Assembly: GCF_963921235.1 (NCBI RefSeq)
Contig: NC_086109.1
Coordinates: 1,736,001-1,800,000, forward strand
Reading direction: 5' to 3'
DNA length: 64,000 bases
From: Mobula hypostoma
Taxonomy: Eukaryota
A program made the translations under genes and the position numbers. Each line of letters begins with the position of its first letter. The stretch's first letter is position 1. Of the stretch, positions 59,430 through 64,000 are shown piece after piece. The notes beneath the pieces are model-generated. The model was given only the letters and a program-made list of their open reading frames with translations, searched no databases and was not told where the DNA came from.

Positions 59430-59581
59430 ACCCGGCAGCGGAGAACACTGTTTACGCAAATATTCAGTGGAATGCAAAGAGTCGCACTGGCCGGCAGCCC
59501 CCCAAGGGGAACAAGAGGGTAATGGCAGACACGATAAACCAGAGACAGGGAACATGCAGCCTGAACCACTCAGGCCCCTGA
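59430..59581 (+). CDS. CD2/SLAM-family receptor, cytoplasmic exon with ITSM (TVYANI); 3' end uncertain
   Basis: Acceptor TTTCTGTCCCGCAG with matching phase. The exon runs either to TGA at 59579-59581 or to a possible donor AGG|GTAATG at 59519. Confidence 0.75.
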
Positions 59582-59699
59582 CACCACCATCAGCATCACC
59601 ATCACCCATCACCGTGCCATACCAACCAATCACTCCACATGCCCAACACCACCCCCACCCCACCCCCACGTGCCCAGTTGTCAGGGCACATCAACCCCC

Positions 59700-62600
59700 T
59701 CATGTGCCCAGTCACTTGCATACACTGTACCCCACACCCCACACCCAGTAACTGGGCTGAATTGTCCCCCACACATCCAGTCACCGTGGGGAAACTGTCC
59801 CACACACATCCTGTCACCAGGGGGTGCACTGTTCCCCCCCACACCCAGTCACTGGGGCACACTGTCTGCCACAGCCAGTCACTGAAGTACACTGTCCCCC
59901 ACAGGCCCAGTCACTGGGGTGCACTGTCTCCCCACACACCCAGTCACTGAGGTACACTGTCCCCCACAGGCCCAGTCACTGGGGTGAACTGTCCCCCACA
60001 CATGCCCAGTCACTGGGGTGCACTGTCTCCCCACACACCCAGTCACTGAGGTACACTGTCCCCCACATAGCCAGTCGCTGTCGGAACCTGTCCCACATAC
60101 ACCCAGTCACTGGGGTACACTGTCCTCCCCACTCCAGGTCACTGGGGTACACTGTCTCCCCACACCCAGTCACTGGGGTACTCTGTCCCCCCACACCCAG
60201 TCACTGAGGTGCACTGTCCGTCACATATCCAGACCCTGGGGTACACTGTCCCCCACAGGCCTGGTCTCTGGGGTACACTGTCTCCCACACACCCAGTTAC
60301 TGGGGTGCACTGCCCCTCCACACCCAGTCACTGGGGTACACTGTTCCTCACAAACCCAGTCACTGGAGCACACTGTCACCCCATATACACTGGGCTGCTC
60401 TGACTCCCATACACCCAGTCACTGGAATACACTGTCCCCCCACACCCAGTCACTGGGGTACACTGTCCCCCACACATCCAGTCACTGTGGGGAAACTGTC
60501 CCACACACAACCTGTCACCGAGGTGCAATGTCCCACCCCACACCCAGTCACTGGGGTTGACTATCCCCCCACACCCAGTCACTGTGGGAACCTGTCCCCC
60601 TCACACCCAGTCACTGGGGTTCACTGTCCCCCCACTTCCATTCACTGGGGTACACTGTCTCCCACACACCAGTCACTGGGGTACACTGTCTCCCCACTTC
60701 CAGTCACTGGGGTACACTGTCTCCCACACACCAGTCACTGGGGTACACTGTCCCCCCACACACCAGTCACTGGGGTACACTGTCCCCCCCACTTCCAGTC
60801 ACTGGGGTACACTGTCCCACACACACCCAGTCACTGGGATACACTATCCTCCACATACTCAGTCACTGGGGTACACTGACCCCACACATCCAGTCACTGT
60901 GGGAAACTGTCCCACACACACCCTGTCACCAGGGGGTGCACTGCCCCCCACACCCAGTCACTGGGGCACACTGTCTGCCACAGCCAGTCACTGTGGTACA
61001 CTGTCCCCTCACGCACCCAGTCACTGGGGTACACTCCCCCCACACATACCCAGTCACTGGGGTTCACTGTCCCCCCACATACCCAGTCACTGGGGTTCAC
61101 TGTCCCACACACACCCAGTTACTGGGGTACACTGTCCCCAGACACCCAGTCACTGGGGTACACTGTCCGTTCACACACCCACTCAGTGGGATACATTGTC
61201 CCTCACACACACAGTCACTGGGATACACTATCCCCCACACGCCCAGTCACTGGGGTACACTGTCCCCACACACCCAGTCTCAGGGGTACACTGTCCCCCA
61301 CATACCCAGTCACTGGGGTACACTGTCCCCCCACACCCAGTCACTGGGGTACACCGTCCCCCAGACACCCAGTCACTGGGGTGCACTGTCCCCCAGACAC
61401 CCAGTCACTGGGGTGTACTGTCCCCAGACACCCAGTCACTGGGGTACACAGTCCCCCAGACACCCAGTCACTGGGGTACACAGTCCCCCAGACACCCAGT
61501 CACTGGGGTGCACTGTCCCCCAGACACCCAGTCACTGGGGTGCACTGTCCCCAGACACCCAGTCACTGGGGTACACTGTCCCTTCACACACCCACTCAGT
61601 GGGATACATTGTCCCTCACACACACAGTCACTGGGATACACTATCCCCCACACGCCCAGTCACTGGGGTACACTGTCCCCACACACCCAGTCTCAGGGGT
61701 ACACTGTCCCCCACATACCCAGTCACTGGGGTACACCGTCCCCCCACACCCAGTCACTGGGGTACACCGCCCCCCAGACACCCAGTCACTGCTGTGCACT
61801 GTCCCCCAGCCACCCAGTCACTGGGGTGCACTGTCCCCAGACACCCAGTCACTGGGGTGCACAGTCCCCAGATACCCAGTCACCGGGGTACACTGTCCCT
61901 TCACACACCCACTCAGTGGGATACATTGTCCCTCACACACACAGTCACTGGGATACACTATCCCCCACACACCCAGTCTCAGGGGTACACTGTCCCCCAC
62001 ACACCCAGTCTCAGGGGTACACTGTCCCCCACATACCCAGTCACTGGGGTACACCGTCCCCCAGACACCCAGTCACTGGGGTACACAGTCCCCCAGACAC
62101 CCAGTCACTGGGGTGCACTGTCCCCCAGACACCCAGTCACTGGGGTGCACTGTCCCCAGACACCCAGTCACTGGGGTGCACAGTCCCCAGACACCCAGTC
62201 ACCGGGGTACACTGTCCCTTCACACACCCACTCAGTGGGATACATTGTCCCTCGCACACACAGTCACTGGGATACACTATCCCCCACACGCCCAGTCACT
62301 GGGGTACACTGTCCCCACACACCCAGTCTCAGGGGTACACTGTCCCCCACACACCCAGTCTCAGGGGTACACTGTCCCCCACATACCCAGTCACTGGGGT
62401 ACACCGTCCCCCAGACACCCAGTCACTGGGGTACACAGTCCCCCAGACACCCAGTCACTGGGGTGCACTGTCCCCCAGACACCCAGTCACTGGGGTGCAC
62501 TGTCCCCAGACACCCAGTCACTGGGGTACACTGTCCCTTCACACACCCACTCAGTGGGATACATTGTCCCTCACACACACAGTCACTGGGATACACTATC

Positions 62601-64000
62601 CCCCACACGCCCAGTCACTGGGGTACACTGTCCCCACACACCCAGTCTCAGGGGTACACTGTCCCCCACATACCCAGTCACTGGGGTACACCGTCCCCCC
62701 ACACCCAGTCACTGGGGTACACCATCTCCCCGACACCCAGTCACTGGGGTGCACTGTCCCCCAGACACCCAGTCACTGGGGTGCACTGTCCCCCAGACAC
62801 CCAGTCACTGGGGTGCACTGTCCCCAGACACTCAGTCACTGGGGTGCACAGTCCCCAGACACCCAGTCACTGGGGTGCACAGTCCCCAGACACCCAGTCA
62901 CTGGGGTACACTGTCCCTTCACACACCCACTCAGTGGGATACATTGTCCCTCACACACACATTCACTGGGATACACTATCCCCCACACACCCAGTCTCAG
63001 GGGTACACTGTCCCCCACACACCCAGTCTCAGGGGTACACTGTCCCCCACATACCCAGTCACTGGGGTACACCGTCCCCCAGACACCCAGTCACTGGGGT
63101 ACACAGTCCCCCGGACACCCAGTCACTGGGGTGCACTGTCCCCCAGACACCCAGTCACTGGGGTACACTGTCCCTTCACACACCCACTCAGTGGGATACA
63201 TTGTCCCTCACACACACAGTCACTGGGATACACTATCCCCCACACGCCCAGTCACTGGGGTACACTGTCCCCACACACCCAGTCTCAGGGGTACACTGTC
63301 CCCCACATACCCAGTCACTGGGGTACACCGTCCCCCAGACACCCAGTCACTGGGGTGCACTGTCCCCCAGACACCCAGTCACTGCTGTGCACTGTCCCCC
63401 ACATACCCAGTCACTGGGGTACACCGTCCCCCAGACACCCAGTCACTGGGGTACACCGTCCCCCAGACACCCAGTCACTGGGGTGTACTGTCCCCCAGAC
63501 ACCCAGTCACTGGGGTACACTGTCCCCCAGACACCCAGTCACTGGGGTACACTGTCCCTTCAGACACCCACTCAGTGGGATACATTGTCCCTCACACACA
63601 CAGTCACTGGGATACACTATCCCCCACACGCCCAGTCACTGGGGTACACTGTCCCCACACACCCAGTCTCAGGGGTACACTGTCCCCCACATACCCAGTC
63701 ACTGGAATATACTGTCCCCCCACACCCAGCCACTGGGGTACACCATCCCCCCACACCCAGTCACTGGGGTACACCATCCCCCAGACACCCAGTCACTGGG
63801 GTGCACTGTCCCCCACACCCAGTCACTGGGGTACACTGTCCCCAGACACCCAGTCACTGGGGTACACTGTCCCTTCACACACCCACTCAGTGGGATACAT
63901 TGTCCCTCACACACCCAGTCACTGGGATACACTGTCCCCCACATACCCAGTCACTGGAATACACTGTCCCCCCACACCCAGCCACTGGGGTACACCGTCC
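59700..64000. repeat. ~32-bp GC-rich minisatellite/satellite, continuing past the window end
   Basis: Monomer approximately CACCCAGTCACTGGGGT(A/G)CACTGTCCCCCA(G/C)A. The proximal part is diverged and a higher-order repeat appears from about 61100. Confidence 0.97.

Noticed and set aside
60480-61000. CACTGTG/CACAGTC resembling V(D)J RSS heptamers
   Set aside because: No ACAAAAACC-like nonamer at 12 or 23 bp, and no V, D or J segments nearby.
59602-63944. Many Pro/His/Thr/Cys-rich ORFs
   Set aside because: They are translations of the satellite on both strands, with no splice or domain support.
59700-64000. CRISPR-like array of palindromic repeats
   Set aside because: There are no unique spacers; the monomers are contiguous variants of one unit. 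The context is eukaryotic and no cas genes are present.

Overview
This is a vertebrate genomic window. The CR1/Rex1/Penelope repeat landscape suggests a cartilaginous fish (inference). Most of the sequence is nested, decayed retroelements. The one host gene I can support is a + strand CD2/SLAM-family immunoreceptor, reconstructed from four phase-1 exons: Cys-less IgV (21291-21614), four-Cys IgC2 (41243-41530), transmembrane (59121-59264, GC donor) and a cytoplasmic exon with an ITSM, TVYANI (from 59430). Its leader exon is unresolved. Other main contents are: a two-LTR Gmr1-like Ty3/Gypsy element with integrase before RT and the protease deleted (1658-8129, GACT TSD), inserted in a Rex1/Babar LINE; several CR1 copies with esterase ORF1; a second, 5'-deleted Gypsy with a YLDN RT motif; Penelope remnants carrying minimal hammerhead-ribozyme motifs; a head-to-tail duplication in intron 2 whose copies show each other's empty insertion sites; an L1 lacking most of ORF1; a multi-palindromic mariner-type MITE; a family of about 0.6-kb non-coding retroposons; and a terminal ~32-bp palindromic minisatellite with higher-order structure (about 59700 to beyond 64000). 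Family assignments come from motif recognition by eye; no database search was run, and many element ends are approximate. I found no clear new biological system.
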